A stretch of 63,580 bases of DNA, filler included, from Chiloscyllium plagiosum (taxonomy: Eukaryota), in the NCBI RefSeq assembly GCF_004010195.1. It is 3 parts of one record of this genome, joined end to end, with 100 filler letters (N's around TTAATTAATTAA, not from the genome) between each part and the next. Parts side by side here need not be neighbours in the genome. Positions count along the whole stretch, not along the records: positions 1 to 30,235 come from NC_057712.1; 2 more parts are not named here. One strand, written 5' to 3'. The notes below the pieces were generated by a model. The model was not told the origin of the DNA. It searched no databases and was given only the letters and a program-made list of their open reading frames with translations. The position numbers and the translations under genes were made by a program. Shown piece after piece: positions 1-12,395 of this stretch. Each line of letters begins with the position of its first letter. The stretch's first letter is position 1.

Positions 1-1070
1 CGCACCTATCTCTCTCCATAACCCAGGTGAAAGTCACAGAATTGTGGTCACCATCACCAAAATGTTCACCCACTAACAACCCATCACTTGTCCCGGTTCG
101 TTACCAAGTACCAAATCCAATATGGCCTCCCCTCTGGTCGGACAATCTACATACTGAGTTAGAAAAGCTTCCTGGACACACTGCACAAACACCGCCCCGA
201 CCAATCTACTTGATCTAAAGAGTTTCCAATCAATATTTGGGAAGTTGAAATCGCGCATGACTACTACCCTGTGGCTTCTGCACCTTTCCAAAATCTGTTT
301 CCCAATCTGTTTCTCCACATCTCTGCTGCTATTGGGGAGCCTATAGTAAACACAACTGATCCATTTGATATGATAGGATTCACCACCAAAGACATTTATC
401 GCAGATATAATCCTCAGCATGATGTAAACTTTCCCTAAAAAACACTTCCTACAAGAGGGGCACTTCACTCTTCTAAAGGTCCTTTTTGCTCCTTCACAAT
501 CTACAGATCCAGAAAATAGCACTGTCTTATTGCTTAAAAGAACATTGCTTCAAGCTAACTTCATACTTATGGCTTATATTTCTGAAATTTAATCAAGAAA
601 CATATCTCAATAAAACATATAATCAAGAACAAACCCATTGCACTCACTATTGTAGATTTACAGCAAAGCTACACTTAAAATTATGGACTTATCTGTGTCT
701 GTGCTGTTACTTCTCCCAAACAAGTTCCTCCAAGTTCTGTTGTGAATTTTGCTGGTTGTTAAGTTTTCCTCGATGCACTATGATGTCCAGAGATACACAA
801 ATTCAGACAGCAAAGGCAGTATCTGCACAGATTCACTGCTGTTTCAGTTTTCTTTCTCTCTCTCTCCTTCACTGACCATGTGCTGCCTATTGTCTGCCCT
901 TCTGTTGCTGTTGTTTTGACTTTTTTTCTTCAAAGTTCCAAAACAATGTATCAGCATATTAAACAGTAATTACTGCTCCTGAAATTTGAGGAATTCACCT
1001 CCAACACCTAAAATACTTCAAAAAAGCAGTAGCCACAATTTTTCCCATCCTTCATCTTCGATTACTCATT
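1..1070 (-). mobile_element. CR1 LINE 5' portion (probable 5' UTR, ORF1 zinc-finger start, then ORF2 APE endonuclease), internally deleted
   Basis: Minus-strand translation: VKCPSCRKC and EDYICDKC (about 355-480) joined to YYRLPNS..RDFNFPNIDW..ILDLVLGNEPGQV (1-355). Assignment of 480-1070 to the 5' UTR is inferred. Confidence 0.75.
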
Positions 1071-1074
1071 ATCC

Positions 1075-1850
1075 TCTGAGAGGTGGCAAATGGAGTTTAA
1101 TGCGGAAATGTGTGAGGTGATTCACTTTAGAAGGAGTAACAGGAATGCAGAGTACTGGGCTAATAGTAAGATTATTGGTAGTGCGGGTGAGCAGAGAAGT
1201 CTCAGCATCCATGTGCACAGACCCTTGGAAGTTGCCACCCAGGTTGATAGGGTTGTTAAGAAGGCGTACTGTGTGGTAGCTTTTATTGGTAGACGGATTG
1301 ACTTTCGGAACCATGAGGTTATTTTGCAGCTGTACAAAACTCTGGTGTGTTTGCACTTGGATTATTGCGTACAGTTCTGGTCGCTGCATTATAGGAAGGA
1401 TGTGGAAGCATTCGAAAGGGTACAGAGGATATTTACTAGGATGTTGCCTGATATGGAGAGAAGGTCTTCTGAGGAAAGGCTGAGAGACTTGAGACTCTTT
1501 TTGTTAGAGAGAAAAGGGTTGAGAGGTGACTGAATAGAGACATACAAAATGATCAGAGGATTAGATAGGGTAGACAGTGAAAGCTTTTTCCTCGGATGGT
1601 GATGGCCAGCACGAGGGGACGTAGCTTTTTCTTGAGGGGTGATAGATATAGGAAAGACGTCAGAGATAGCTTCTTTGCCTGCAACAATAGTTGACTTGCC
1701 AACTTTAAGGACATTTAAATGATCATTAGATAAACACATGGATGATAATGGAATAGTGTTGGTTGGATGGGCTTCAGATTGGTTTCACAGATTGGTACAA
1801 CATCGAGGGCAGAAGGGCCTGTACTGTGCCATAATGTTCTATGTTTTATT
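1075..1850 (+). mobile_element. CR1 LINE 3' end (RT C-terminus and 3' UTR)
   Basis: ORF 1090-1533 MEFNAEMCEVIHF..HLDYCVQFWS..ERVQRIFTRMLP; tail atgttctatgtt. Confidence 0.9.
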
Positions 1851-2043
1851 TTATAATTAATCAAGCCTGGCTCTTCCCTCATCTTGGAAGGTAGCTCAAA
1901 CTGATTTCAAAGAAAGATGCACTAATTGTTGCAGTTAATGTTGTTTGTTGCTTCAAATATATTCACAGATCAGATCGCCCTAAATGCATATCATAACTGA
2001 GGACAGTGTTGAAATCTACAACTCTCTACAAATCTACAAAGAT

Positions 2044-2188
2044 CACAGAAGCGGTTCACAGGAGGCTCCCAAGCACTGAGGATGTCACCTAGACAGGGGA
2101 CGAAACGTCTGCAACACAAATTCCCAGGTCGGCGAACAGAACCACAACAACGAGAACTCGAGCTACAAATCTTCTCACAAACTTTGAA
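2044..2188 (+). mobile_element. Penelope-like element family A terminal repeat fragment with 13-bp TSD
   Basis: Same sequence as the PLE end at 30428-30533. Flanked by aatctacaactct at 2013-2025 and 2187-2199. Confidence 0.8.
2073..2112 (+). ncRNA. Minimal type I hammerhead ribozyme motif
   Basis: gca-CTGAGGA-t-gtcacct(agac)aggggac-GAAA-CGTC-tgc: intact core, stem I gca/tgc, stem II, palindromic ACGT stem III, GUC cleavage triplet. Confidence 0.75.
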
Positions 2189-2214
2189 TCTACAACTCTG
2201 CCCAAAGAAAATGA

Positions 2215-3672
2215 TGAAATGGTAGGGGACTTTAACTTTCCAAACAGACTGGGACTGCCATAATGTTAATGGATTGGATGGAGAAGAACCTGTTGAATGC
2301 GTACAAGAAAATGTTCTTATTTAGTATGTGGACGTACCTACCAGAGAAGGAGCAAAATTTGATCTTCTCTTGCAAAATACGGCATGGCAAGTGACTGAGG
2401 GGTCAGTGGTGGAGCACTTTCAAGCAAATGATCAGTTTTAAAATAATCAGGATTAGCCTGATCTAAAAGGTAAATTTCTAAATTGGAAGAGGGCCAATTT
2501 TGATGGCACTAGGCAAGAACTTTCACAAGTTCATCGGGACTGAATATTTGCAGATAAAGGAGTGGCTGGAAAATGGGAAGCCTTGAAAAATGAGACAACA
2601 AGAGTCCAGGGACAGTATGCCCCTATCAGGGTGAAGGACAAGGCTGGCGGATGTAAGGTATGTTAGATGACTAGAGAAATTGAGGTTCTTGTTAAGAAAA
2701 AGAAGGTAACATATGTCAGGTAAAGACAGCAGAGATTAAGTGAATACACGAGGTATGGTCAGTAAATTTGCAGATGACACCAAAATTGGTGGTGTAGTGG
2801 ACAGCGAAGAAGAATGTTACCTCAGAGTACAACACAACCTTGCTCAGATGGGCCAATGGGCCGAGGAGTTGCAGTTAGAGTTTAGTCTAGATAAATACGA
2901 GCTGTTGCATTTTGATAGGGCCAATCAGGGTAGGATGTATACATGTAGAGGTGGGGTTCTGGGGAGTATTGGCAAACAAAGAGACCTAGGAATGCAGGTT
3001 CATACTTCCTTGAAAGTAGAGTTGTAAGTGGACAGGGCGTTTGGTACACTTACCTTTATTGGTCAGTTCATTGAGTATAGGAGTTGGGAAGTCATGCTAT
3101 GGTTGCACAAGACATTGGTTAGGCTACTTTTGGAATACTGAATTCAATTCTGGTCTCCTTGCTATAGGAAGGACATTGTGAAACTTGGAAGGGTTCAGAA
3201 AAGTTTAACAAGGATGTTGTTGGGGTTGGAGGGTTTGAGATACAGGGAGAGGCTGAATAGGCTGGGGATATTTTCCTTGGAGTGTTGGAGGCTGAGGGCT
3301 GACATTATAGAGGTTTATAAAATCCTGAGGGGCATGGGTAGGGTCATTAGCCAAAGTCATTTGCCCAGGGTAGGGGAGTCTAAAATTAGAGGGCAATGGT
3401 TTAAAGTGAGAGGAAAGATTTAAGAGTGATCTAAGGGAGCAATGTCTTCCACACAGAGGGTACTGTGTGTATGGAATGAACTGCCAGGGGAAGTGGTAGA
3501 GGTTGGTTCAATTACAACATTTAAAATGCATCTGGATGGGCATATAAATAGAAAAGGTTGAGAGGGATATGGCCAATGCTGACAAATATTACCAGATTAA
3601 TTTAGGATGTCTGATCAGCATGGATGAGCTGGACTGAAGGGTCTGTTTCCATGCTGTATATTGTCTCTGACT
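2215..3672 (+). mobile_element. CR1 LINE, internally deleted (endonuclease region fused to RT C-terminus and 3' UTR)
   Basis: VGDFNFPN at about 2222, jump at about 2740 to MVSKFADDTKIGG, then ERLNRLG motifs and the CR1 3' UTR. Confidence 0.9.
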
Positions 3673-3985
3673 CATTGCTTAGAAAGGATTAGGCATCAGC
3701 TGCAACAATCCTGCCTTGCAAAGCAACTTCGACATCTTCAGCAGCCCTGGGAGGCCTGAATTACATCGACACTCAACAAATCTGGTCTTTCATCCCAACT
3801 TTGCCCATTTCTCAACTAACATTGTCTCCCCACAAATGGGTTATCAGACCCAGATATATCCTCAGAAACCTGCAAATCTGGATTGACATCTTTATCATAG
3901 AATGTGGTAGATATAGGCTGCTAAAGTTCACTTGAAGCATTTTCATCTTGTACATATTACCACCACTGACAATGTAGGGACTGAA

Positions 3986-4942
3986 CGGAGAAACCTCGAT
4001 TATCCGAATATCAATTATCCGAATATTGGATTATCTGAAGGAGATCATGAGATCTCAATAGAAACATTACATCAAAGACGTATTTTCAACAGTGATCACG
4101 TCTTTTGCTTACAGTAATTAAAAGTGAACTCAGCTTACTAAAATGCTGCCAAAAACAGTCCTGGTCATCGATGGGAGCCCAGGCACTGAGTCCAAATGAC
4201 TGATCTGCTGCCCTCTCTCTCTCTCTCCACACACTTTCCCTGGAGTTCTACACAGGCTTGTAACTATTCCCCCTTCCCCAGATAATCTCTAAAACATTGT
4301 CCTGTACAGGGCAAAGGTGGAACTTATCAAAACGGAATAAAAAGTTGTGTGTGTAGCTGTATGTGTAGTGTGCACACGCTATTTGGAGACTCACCCCCCC
4401 CTCCCTCCCAAAAGGCGCAGCAGCAGAAGCAGTCTTAGTGTTGGTGTCCAGTCTGGCTGGCCTAGAGAGGGGGCTGGGGCAGACGGAGGCGGCATGCATG
4501 GAGGGGGGCGGGCAGGCTGTGGGGCTGGGGAGGTGGTGTTGGACAGGGTTGGAATGGGGGGGTGGGAGCAGTGTTGGATGGGGTTGGTGTACGCGGGAGT
4601 GGTGACCGTATTATACAGGGTTGGTGGCGGGGATGGGATTGGTGTTGGACGAGGTTGGGGGGCAAGGGTGGGAACGGTGTTGGATGGGGTTGGGGGGAAC
4701 CGGAGTGGGAATGGTGTTGGAAGGGGTTGGGGGTGGGGTTGGGAGTGGTATTGGACAGGGTTGGGGGGTGCGGGGAGGGAGCCCGAGCGCAGTCTGCTGC
4801 TACCTCGTTTCCTGAACAGGGAGTAGACTTAACAGAAAGGTCCGAGCCCCAGAGAAAAGGCATTGAATCAATTAATCGAATAATCAATTATCTGAACTAA
4901 ATAGTGCCCGCTCTTCTCGTTCGGATAATCAAGTTTCCTCTA
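3986..4942. mobile_element. Non-autonomous Tigger/pogo-like DNA transposon (MITE) with internal G-rich tandem repeat
   Basis: TIRs cggagaaacctcgattatccga and tcggataatcaagtttcctcta, subterminal attatc(c/t)gaa repeats, TA on the right flank. A second copy lies at 46027-46631. Confidence 0.8.
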
Positions 4943-5282
4943 TATAGTGTAATATGTACTTCTTTGATTTCAGGATTCATGGTCAAACATATATGTTAAT
5001 AAATTTAATCAAATTCAAAATATTGTTGAAAAGAGAATAGATTATCACTTTGCCAAAAGACAGCAACATTGCCTCTCATGATCCTGATACCAGCTGCAAT
5101 TTCCAACTTACTCCAATCATACTCTAACCCTGATCCATGTCTTCAGCACTCAGCATTACACCAGCCAAACACTACAGAACCAGGCCATTTGGGTTATCTT
5201 GTCCTTGGCTTGATTTGGGGTGCATGTCATCCTTCAACCAAGCCTCTTCAGTTAACAACTACTGATCATGTTTTTCTAAGTG

Positions 5283-5550
5283 GAAGCAGTGGCATAGTGT
5301 TAATCGCTTTGGGCTAGCTCGAAAAACAGTGTTCAACTCCCATCATAGCAACTTGCGGAATAGAATTTAACTTCTAAATCTGGAATTAAAAGTTGGCTAA
5401 CTAAACAATGGCTGTATATACACATCTGCTGTACAAAAGTCCAGTCAGGAAGGAAATGTCCCACCATTACCTCATGTGGTCTGCATGTGACTCTAGACCC
5501 ACAACAATGTAGAATCTCATGCATCTTCTGAAATGGCTTAGCAAGCTTGT
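5283..5550 (+). mobile_element. tRNA-head SINE, second family (related to the 5' end of the CR1-group LINE at 54380)
   Basis: Shares aaatctggaattaaaag, catgtgactc(c/t)agaccc and ctctgaaatggc blocks with copies at 17570, 29041, 42410 and 61795. Confidence 0.6.
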
Positions 5551-6240
5551 GTCGAACAGCTCATGAAAACTCTTTATCCCTAGTATACATTTATGCTATT
5601 TGCATTAGTTACTCCTGTGGTAAACTCTCTTGTATAAAGTAATGGATCTGAAGGAAATCGTGTTCTTATTGCATTAACCTCTAGCCAATCTGGTGACAAC
5701 ACACAGTCTTGGTGGAGACAGTGGAGTTCTGTTTGAGTATCCAAAGGGAACAGATTAATTCTCCATAAGCATTATGCCGAATAAATTAATGTAAATTGAT
5801 GTATTGCTATTGTTATCTGAATCATTATCAATATCTTGCTATCTGAGACAAGTAACTCATCCTCTGCAACACTGATAATTAGACAGGCCCTAGGAAATAT
5901 GTGAAAGAAAGGATTGTTGGGAGTGAACTACATGAACCAGCCAGAACCCTGATAAGCACATGATGCCAGTGATGGTTTTCAGAGGATACCTCTAGTCCCA
6001 TAATCTTAAAAATAATGTTTCTCCTGAATCCCCAAATGGATTTATTAGTGGCTATATTTAGAACCTCTCATTTTAAATTCTTTCACAAGCAGAAACATCT
6101 TCGCTACCTCTCTACCATGATTTCATTATTTTAGTGATCACTATCAAGTCACTCCTCAGTCTTCCATTTTGTCGAGAGAAAAAAAAGTCTCTTGACTGTT
6201 TTATCTTTCCTGATTATTATAAATCCTCAGTTCTGGTGTA

Positions 6241-6585
6241 GAATCATAGTATCCCTACAGTGTTGAAGCAGGCAAGTTATTCCATTGAGTCCATGCCGAC
6301 AATCTAAAGAACATTCCACCCAGACCTGCCCCCTACTCAATTCCCATGACCCTGCATTTCCCATGACTAATCCTCTTAGATGGCACATGCCTGGACACCA
6401 AGTGTCAATTTAGCGTGGTTAATCCACCTAAACTGCACATCTTTGGATTGTGGCAGGAAAGCAGAGCATCCAAAGGAAACCCACACAGGTGTGGGGAGAA
6501 CATGCAAACTCCACACAGACAGTTATCCAAGACTAGAATCAAACCCAGGTCCCTGGCACTGGGGCAACAGTGCTAACCACTGAAC
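6241..6585 (-). mobile_element. HE1/V-SINE-type tRNA-derived SINE
   Basis: Reverse complement of the SINE at 32240 (ctgcacatctttgga..gcaaactccacacagacag..gctaaccactga). Confidence 0.85.
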
Positions 6586-7249
6586 CTAACTAATCTACCT
6601 CATAAAGACTGATTATCTAAGCAGTATGTGGCCTCCTCAGCCTTTTTAAATCAAAATATACCATCTTAATTGTTAGTACATTTTCCAGTATTTCTTGCAT
6701 TCCTTCCTCTAATTCAAACATGCAGCCTATTGATGTCATTCACAGATTTTAAAATTGTATGTTTGAAGACTGAATCAAAACTACTCATTGTAATTTAGAA
6801 CTACAGACAGTCCAGCACGGACTTCTGTGGAAGATCACTTCCTAGCATTTTCCTGACTGCCTGGCTAATCTAACATTCTGCATGTTCCTCACTTGCCATC
6901 CATTTTGATCTTTGTCCCGACTCCATATATTTTTATCTTACGCATAAATCCACTATGTAATACATTACTGAAGGCCTTTGGAAATACAAATATATTATAC
7001 CTACTGGCTTGCTTTTTGCCTGGCTTTCTGTTCTCCAAAAAATTCAATAAAGTTGATGGACTATAACTTACCCGTTTGAAATATATGCTTTTTTTTATTA
7101 GTTTTGGCTGCTAGAGGTTTCTCTATAACATTGCTAAACAAATTATTGCCCATACCACATTAATTCAATAATTCCCTGAACTTCCCTATTGTATTTAACG
7201 TTTTGTCAGGGAATGGCATTAGCTGTCTGCCAATTCTCTAGCAATATTG

Positions 7250-7585
7250 CAGCACGTTGGCTCAGTGGTTAGCACTACTGCCTCACAGCATTATAGGCCC
7301 GGTTTGATTCCAGCCTCGGGTGACTGAGTAGAATTTGGGTGTTGTCCCTGTAGCTGCGTAGGTTTCCTCATGATCTGGTTTCTTCCAGCAGTCCAAAGTT
7401 GTTTAGGTTTTAGGTGGAGTGGACATGGTGTAATGTCCAGGGATTTGGAGGCTAGGTAGATTAGCCATGGTTAAGTGGAGTTGTAGGGATAGGGTGCGCC
7501 CTAGGTTGGTGTGGGATGCTGTCCGGAGAATCAATGCGAGCTAACTGGGCCAAGTGGCATCTTTCTGCATTTTAGGGACACTATA
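7250..7585 (+). mobile_element. HE1/V-SINE-type SINE (decayed)
   Basis: tggctcagtggttagcactactgcctcacagc head with A/B-box remnants and V-domain-like body. Confidence 0.8.
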
Positions 7586-8119
7586 ATTCCTCTTTTTAAT
7601 GAATTGTGACAAATACATGTATGCTGCTACTACCTCTTGTTCAACTTCTTTTATTGTGTGAGTTCTCTTGATGAGACTGTTCCAATGCTTTCCTGGCTAA
7701 CCTCACAACTTGCACCTTTCACCAAATAGACCTTGTTTATGTTGAGGTGCCCACATCCATCAGTCTGGTCCTTGCTGACCATTACTTGGTTCTGGTTCAG
7801 TAAAGGAGTTGATTATTTTAATTTTCTCGACTTATTTTTCAAATCGCTTGAGGCTTCATGTCCTCCCATCACTGTAGCCTCTTTCAGTCCCAAAAGCATT
7901 TGAAGTTTTATGACCTATTTCTGGCCAAATATGCATCCAAAATTTCCATCACTCTGCTCTTCATGGCCATCCATTCAGCTTCCTGTGCTTGCAGCTCAAG
8001 ACTTCTCTTCATAAACCTTGCTGCATCTCTCTTCTTCTTTCAGGTACTTTCTTAAAACCATTGTCTGAACACAGGTAATAACAGCCTGGTCAATGTTTTT
8101 AAGTTTTGTAGCGGTTTGA

Positions 8120-8628
8120 TTAGATTAAATTAGATTCCATACAGTGTGGAAATAGGCCCATTGGCACACTGACCCTCTGAAGAGTAACCCACCCAGACTA
8201 ATTTCCATCTGACTAATGCACCTAACACTGTGGACAATTTAGAGTGGCCAAATCAACTCACCTGCACATCTTTGGATTGTGGGAGGAAACTGGAGCATAC
8301 CGATGCAGAATGTGCAAACTCCACACAGAGACAGTTGCCAGAGACAGGAATCAAACCCAGGTCCCTTGTGCTGTGAGGCAGCAGTGCTAACCACTTAGCC
8401 GGAAATGTGTTGATGGAAAAGTGCAGCAGGTCGGGCAGCATCCAAGGAGCAGGAGAATCGACGTTTCAGACATGAGCCCTTCTTCAGGCTCATGCCTGAA
8501 ACGTCGATTCTCCTGCTCCTTGGATGCTGCCTGACCTGCTGCGCTTTTCCAGCAACACATTTTCAGCTCTGATCTCCAGTATCTGCAGTCCTCACTTTCT
8601 CCTAACCACTGAGCCATCATGCTGCCCA
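8120..8628 (-). mobile_element. HE1/V-SINE-type SINE interrupted by a PLE-derived hairpin insertion
   Basis: SINE body 8120-8400; the head resumes after 8602. Confidence 0.85.
8401..8603. mobile_element. PLE family B terminal-repeat hairpin mini-element carrying a hammerhead (minus strand, about 8456-8488)
   Basis: Inverted arms; TSD ctaaccact(t/g)agcc at 8387-8400 and 8602-8615; minus strand cCTGAAGAagggctcatgtctGAAACGTC. Confidence 0.8.
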
Positions 8629-8654
8629 TATGTATGGCTTGTTTGATAAGCAGG

Positions 8655-9880
8655 CAAAAGTGAGGACTGCAGATGCTGGAAATCAGAGTCTAGATTAGAG
8701 TGGTGCTGGGAAAGCTCAGCAGGTCAGGCAGCATCTGAAAATCGATGATTCAAGGATAAGCTCTTCATCATGAATGTAAGGGGGGAAGGGTGGTCGTCAA
8801 GGGGGCTGAGAAATAAATGGGGAGGCAGGGGCTGGGGTGAAAGAAGCTAGGAATGTGAGAGGTAGATGAAGGTGGGGAGTGATGGTGATAGATCAGAGTA
8901 GAGGTTGGAATGGATGGGGGGGGCAATGAAGATAGACAGGTAGGACAGTTGAAGAGGGTGATGCCAAGTTAGAGGGTGGAGCTGGGATAAGGTGGTGGGT
9001 GGGGAGATGAGGAAAATGGTGAAAATCAACATTGATTCTGTGCAGTTGGAGAGTCCCAAGGTGGAAGATGAGGCGTTCTTCCTCCAGTCATTGGGTGGCG
9101 AGGATTTGGACTGGAGGGAGCCCAAGATTTGCATATCCTTGGCAGAGTGGGAGAGGGAGTTGAAGTGATTGGCCACAGGGCAGTGAGGTTGCTTAATGCA
9201 GTGTCCCAGAGATGTTCTCTGAAACATTCCGCAAGTTGGCATCCTGTCTCCCCAATATGAAGGAGACCACATTGAAAGCAACGAACACAGTAGATGAGGT
9301 GTTTGGATTTGCAGGAAATTTCTGCTGGATATCAAAGGATCCTTTGTGGCTTTGAATGGAAATGAGGGGGGAGGTGTGGGCTGAGGTTTCACACCTCTTG
9401 CGGTGGCAAAGGAAGATGCCAGGAATGGAGGGTTGATTGGTGGAGGGTGTGGACCTAATGGGGGAGTCACAGAGGGAATGGTTCCTGCAGAAAGCTGAAA
9501 GGGGTGGGGAGGGAAATGCATCACTGATAGGGGGGTCTGACTATGGCAGAGGATGATGTGATGTATCCGAAGTTTGGTGGGGTGGAAGGTGAGGAGCGGG
9601 AGTTCTGTCTTTGTTGTAGTTGGAGGAGTGGGGTTCAAGCGCAGAGGTGTGGAAAGTGGAGGAGATACACTGGAGGGCATTGTTTACCACATGGGAGGGG
9701 AAATTGCAGTCCTTGAAGTAGGAGGCTATCTGGGATGTTGTGGAGTGGAATTGGTCCTCCTGGAAGCAGATGTGGCAGTGGCAGAGGAATTGGGAGTAAG
9801 GGACTACATTTTTACAGGAGGAGGGAGTGGGACGAGGTGTAGTCCTGGAAGCTGTGGGTTTGAAGTAGATGTCCATGTTG
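8655..9880 (-). mobile_element. Penelope-like retroelement family B, 3' part (RT C-terminus, GIY-YIG endonuclease, terminal repeat)
   Basis: DIYFKPT..SCKNVVPYSQFL (ORF 9541-9876) and PVANHFNSLSHSAKDMQILG (ORF 8847-9680), followed by the same terminal repeat as the mini-elements. Confidence 0.85.
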
Positions 9881-9889
9881 ACTCCTTTG

Positions 9890-11240
9890 TAAACAAAGAG
9901 TATGAGTAAGCCATTCAGTCCTTTGAGCCGGCTTTGTCATTTATTAAGATCATGGCTGCTCTAAGTTTAACCTCAAATCTGCATTCCTGCCTACCCTTGA
10001 TAAAGATTCATCCCTTGCTTAACAAGAATCTATTCACTCTTGCCTTTAAAACATTCAAGTATTCTACTCCCACCACTTTTCCAGAAAGAAACATAGAAAA
10101 TAGGAGCAAGAGGAGGCCATTCAGCCAATTGTGCTCCTTCCTCTATTCAACATGGTCATTACAGAGCAGACTCAATGCCATTCTCCCACAATAGAGTTCC
10201 AAAGATTCAGGATCCTCAGGAAAGCAAAAAAATGTTTTGCTTAATCTCCGTTTTAAATGGGAGTCACCACTTTTTAAAACAGTGACCCTTAGTTCTAGAT
10301 TCTCCCACAGAAGGAAATGACCTCTCCACATCCACCCCTTAGGATCTTCTGTTAAATTAAGCCACTCCTACTTTTCTGAAGTCCAGAAGTACAAGCCTAA
10401 CCTGTCCAGCCTTTTCTCAAAACAATTCACCTATTCCATGTACTATTCTTAAACTTTTCTGAACTTTCCCTAATGCAATTTTATCCTTCCTTACATAAGA
10501 CATACAATATCGGGCACAGTACTTCAGATATAGTCTTAAGAGTGCCTGTATAAACTAAACATAATTTCCCTTCTTGTATATTCAATTCCCTGAATGATAA
10601 ATTATAACATTATATTATCTTTCCTAATGATTTGCTATGCCTGCAATGTAAACTTCTTCAATTCATGCACTATGGCACTCCTTACATCTCAGCTTTGCAA
10701 TCTCTCACGGTTTAGATCTTTTTAAAAATTCTTCTTGACAAAATGGGCAATTTTACAATTTCCCATATCTTTCTGTAATCATTGAACCTATCTATATATA
10801 TTTGCAACATTCTTATGCCCTTTTCACAATGTTTTGTTTCCTATCTATCTCTGTCATCAGCCAACTCTGCAACCATTCCTTCAGTCCCCTCATCTGGTTC
10901 ACTTTTCTAAGTTATAAGCAGTTGAGGTCCCAGCCTTAATACCTGTGGCACATCACTTGTACATCTTACGAACCTGATGCCTACACTTGACTGGATAACA
11001 GAAAGCAATCTTGTAACCATACCCACATGCCACTCCTTATACCATAAACTTTTATTTTTTGCAATAATCTTAGATTATGGCACTTTATCGAATCATCTGT
11101 GGAAGTAGTATCCCCTATAGTCACATCACATTACCTCCTTAAAGAAATTCATTTCATTGATTAAACATAATTTCCCCCTCAAAAAACCATGATGACATTG
11201 TTTGGTTAACCTAAAATTCTAAACCAATCTTTAATAATAG
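9890..11240 (-). mobile_element. Old CR1-type LINE 3' fragment(s)
   Basis: CR1 3' UTR-like start and degenerate RT-region antisense motifs (ctagttctagattctcccac, tctgtcatcagccaac, ggtcccagc). Confidence 0.7.
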
Positions 11241-11247
11241 TTTGTAT

Positions 11248-11675
11248 GGTGATATCATTTACTGTTCTTTTTCTCAGAGGGTGGTAAATGGGGTCCAAGT
11301 CAATATATTTGTTGATGGAGTTCCGGTTGGAATGCTATGCTTCTAGGAATTCTCATGCATGTCTCTGTTTGGCTTGTCCTAGGATGGATGTGTTGTCCCA
11401 GTCAAAGTGGTATACTTCCTTATCTATATGTAAGGATACTAGTGACAGAGGATCATGGTTTGTGGCTAGCTATGTTCATGTATCCTGGTGGCTACTTTTC
11501 TGTCTGTTTGTCCAATGTAGTGTTTGTTACAGTTCTTGCATAGTATTTTGTAAATTACATTCGTTTTGTTTGGTGTTTGTATAGGGTCTTTCATGCTCAT
11601 TAGCTGCTGTTTTATGTGTTGGTGGGTTTGTGGGCTACCATGATGCCAAAGGGTCTGAGTAGTCTGGCAGTCATA
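11248..11675 (-). mobile_element. PLE family A GIY-YIG fragment (inverted arm)
   Basis: 11248-11610 is the diverged reverse complement of 11676-12035. Confidence 0.8.
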
Positions 11676-12245
11676 CAGCTGCTAATGAACTTGAAGGACT
11701 CTTTGTAGACAACAAGCAAAACTGATGTCATTTACAAAATACCGTGCAAGAATTATAACAAACACTACATTGGACAAACAGGCAGAAAAATAACCAACAG
11801 GATACATGAACATCAACTAGCCACAAAGTGACATGACCCTCTCTCACTAGTATCCTTACATACAGATGAGGAAGAACACCACTTTTACTGGGACAACACA
11901 TCCATCCTAGGACAAGCCAAACAGAGACATGCGAGAATGCCTAGAAGCATGGCATTCCAACTGGAACTCCATCAACAAACACATGGACCCCATTTATCAC
12001 CCCCTGAGAAAAAGAACAGATAATGGCATCACCATAGAAAATGGTGTCACCATAGGCAAAGACATCACCAACCCAAGGAAACCCAAACATACAAAGAGAA
12101 AGCAGGAAACACCAGCAGTGCTTCGTTCGGAGGCTCATTGAAGATGTTGGTGATGAAACATCTGAAAATGAACCTTCCAGCTGAGCGAGCATACCTACAT
12201 CCATAGCCTCAACCTGAGCTATAAATCATCTCAAAACTTGCTAAC
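11676..12245 (+). mobile_element. PLE family A 3' end (GIY-YIG endonuclease and terminal repeat with decayed hammerhead)
   Basis: Encodes YIGQTGRK..RIHEHQLAT and LEAWHSNWNSINKH. Decayed tTGAAGA..GAAACATC at about 12138-12163. Confidence 0.85.
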
Positions 12246-12305
12246 CGTTATTAACAAACACAGCCACCACTCCATCTTTCTTCCAATTTTCTGTGCTTCC
12301 TAATT

Positions 12306-12395
12306 CCTGATGAAGGGCTTTTGCTTGAAATGTCAACTCTCCTGCTCCTTGGATGCTGCCTGACCTGTTGTGCTTTTCCAGCACCACTCTCTTGA
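12306..12395 (+). mobile_element. 90-bp PLE family B mini-insertion starting at the hammerhead core
   Basis: Perfect 15-bp TSD ctgtgcttcctaatt at 12291-12305 and 12396-12410; cCTGATGAagggcttttgcttGAAAtgtc. Confidence 0.8.

Noticed and set aside
4347..4900. Gly/Trp- and Pro-rich ORFs
   Set aside because: Translations of the G-rich minisatellite inside the MITE; the same applies to 46098-46570.
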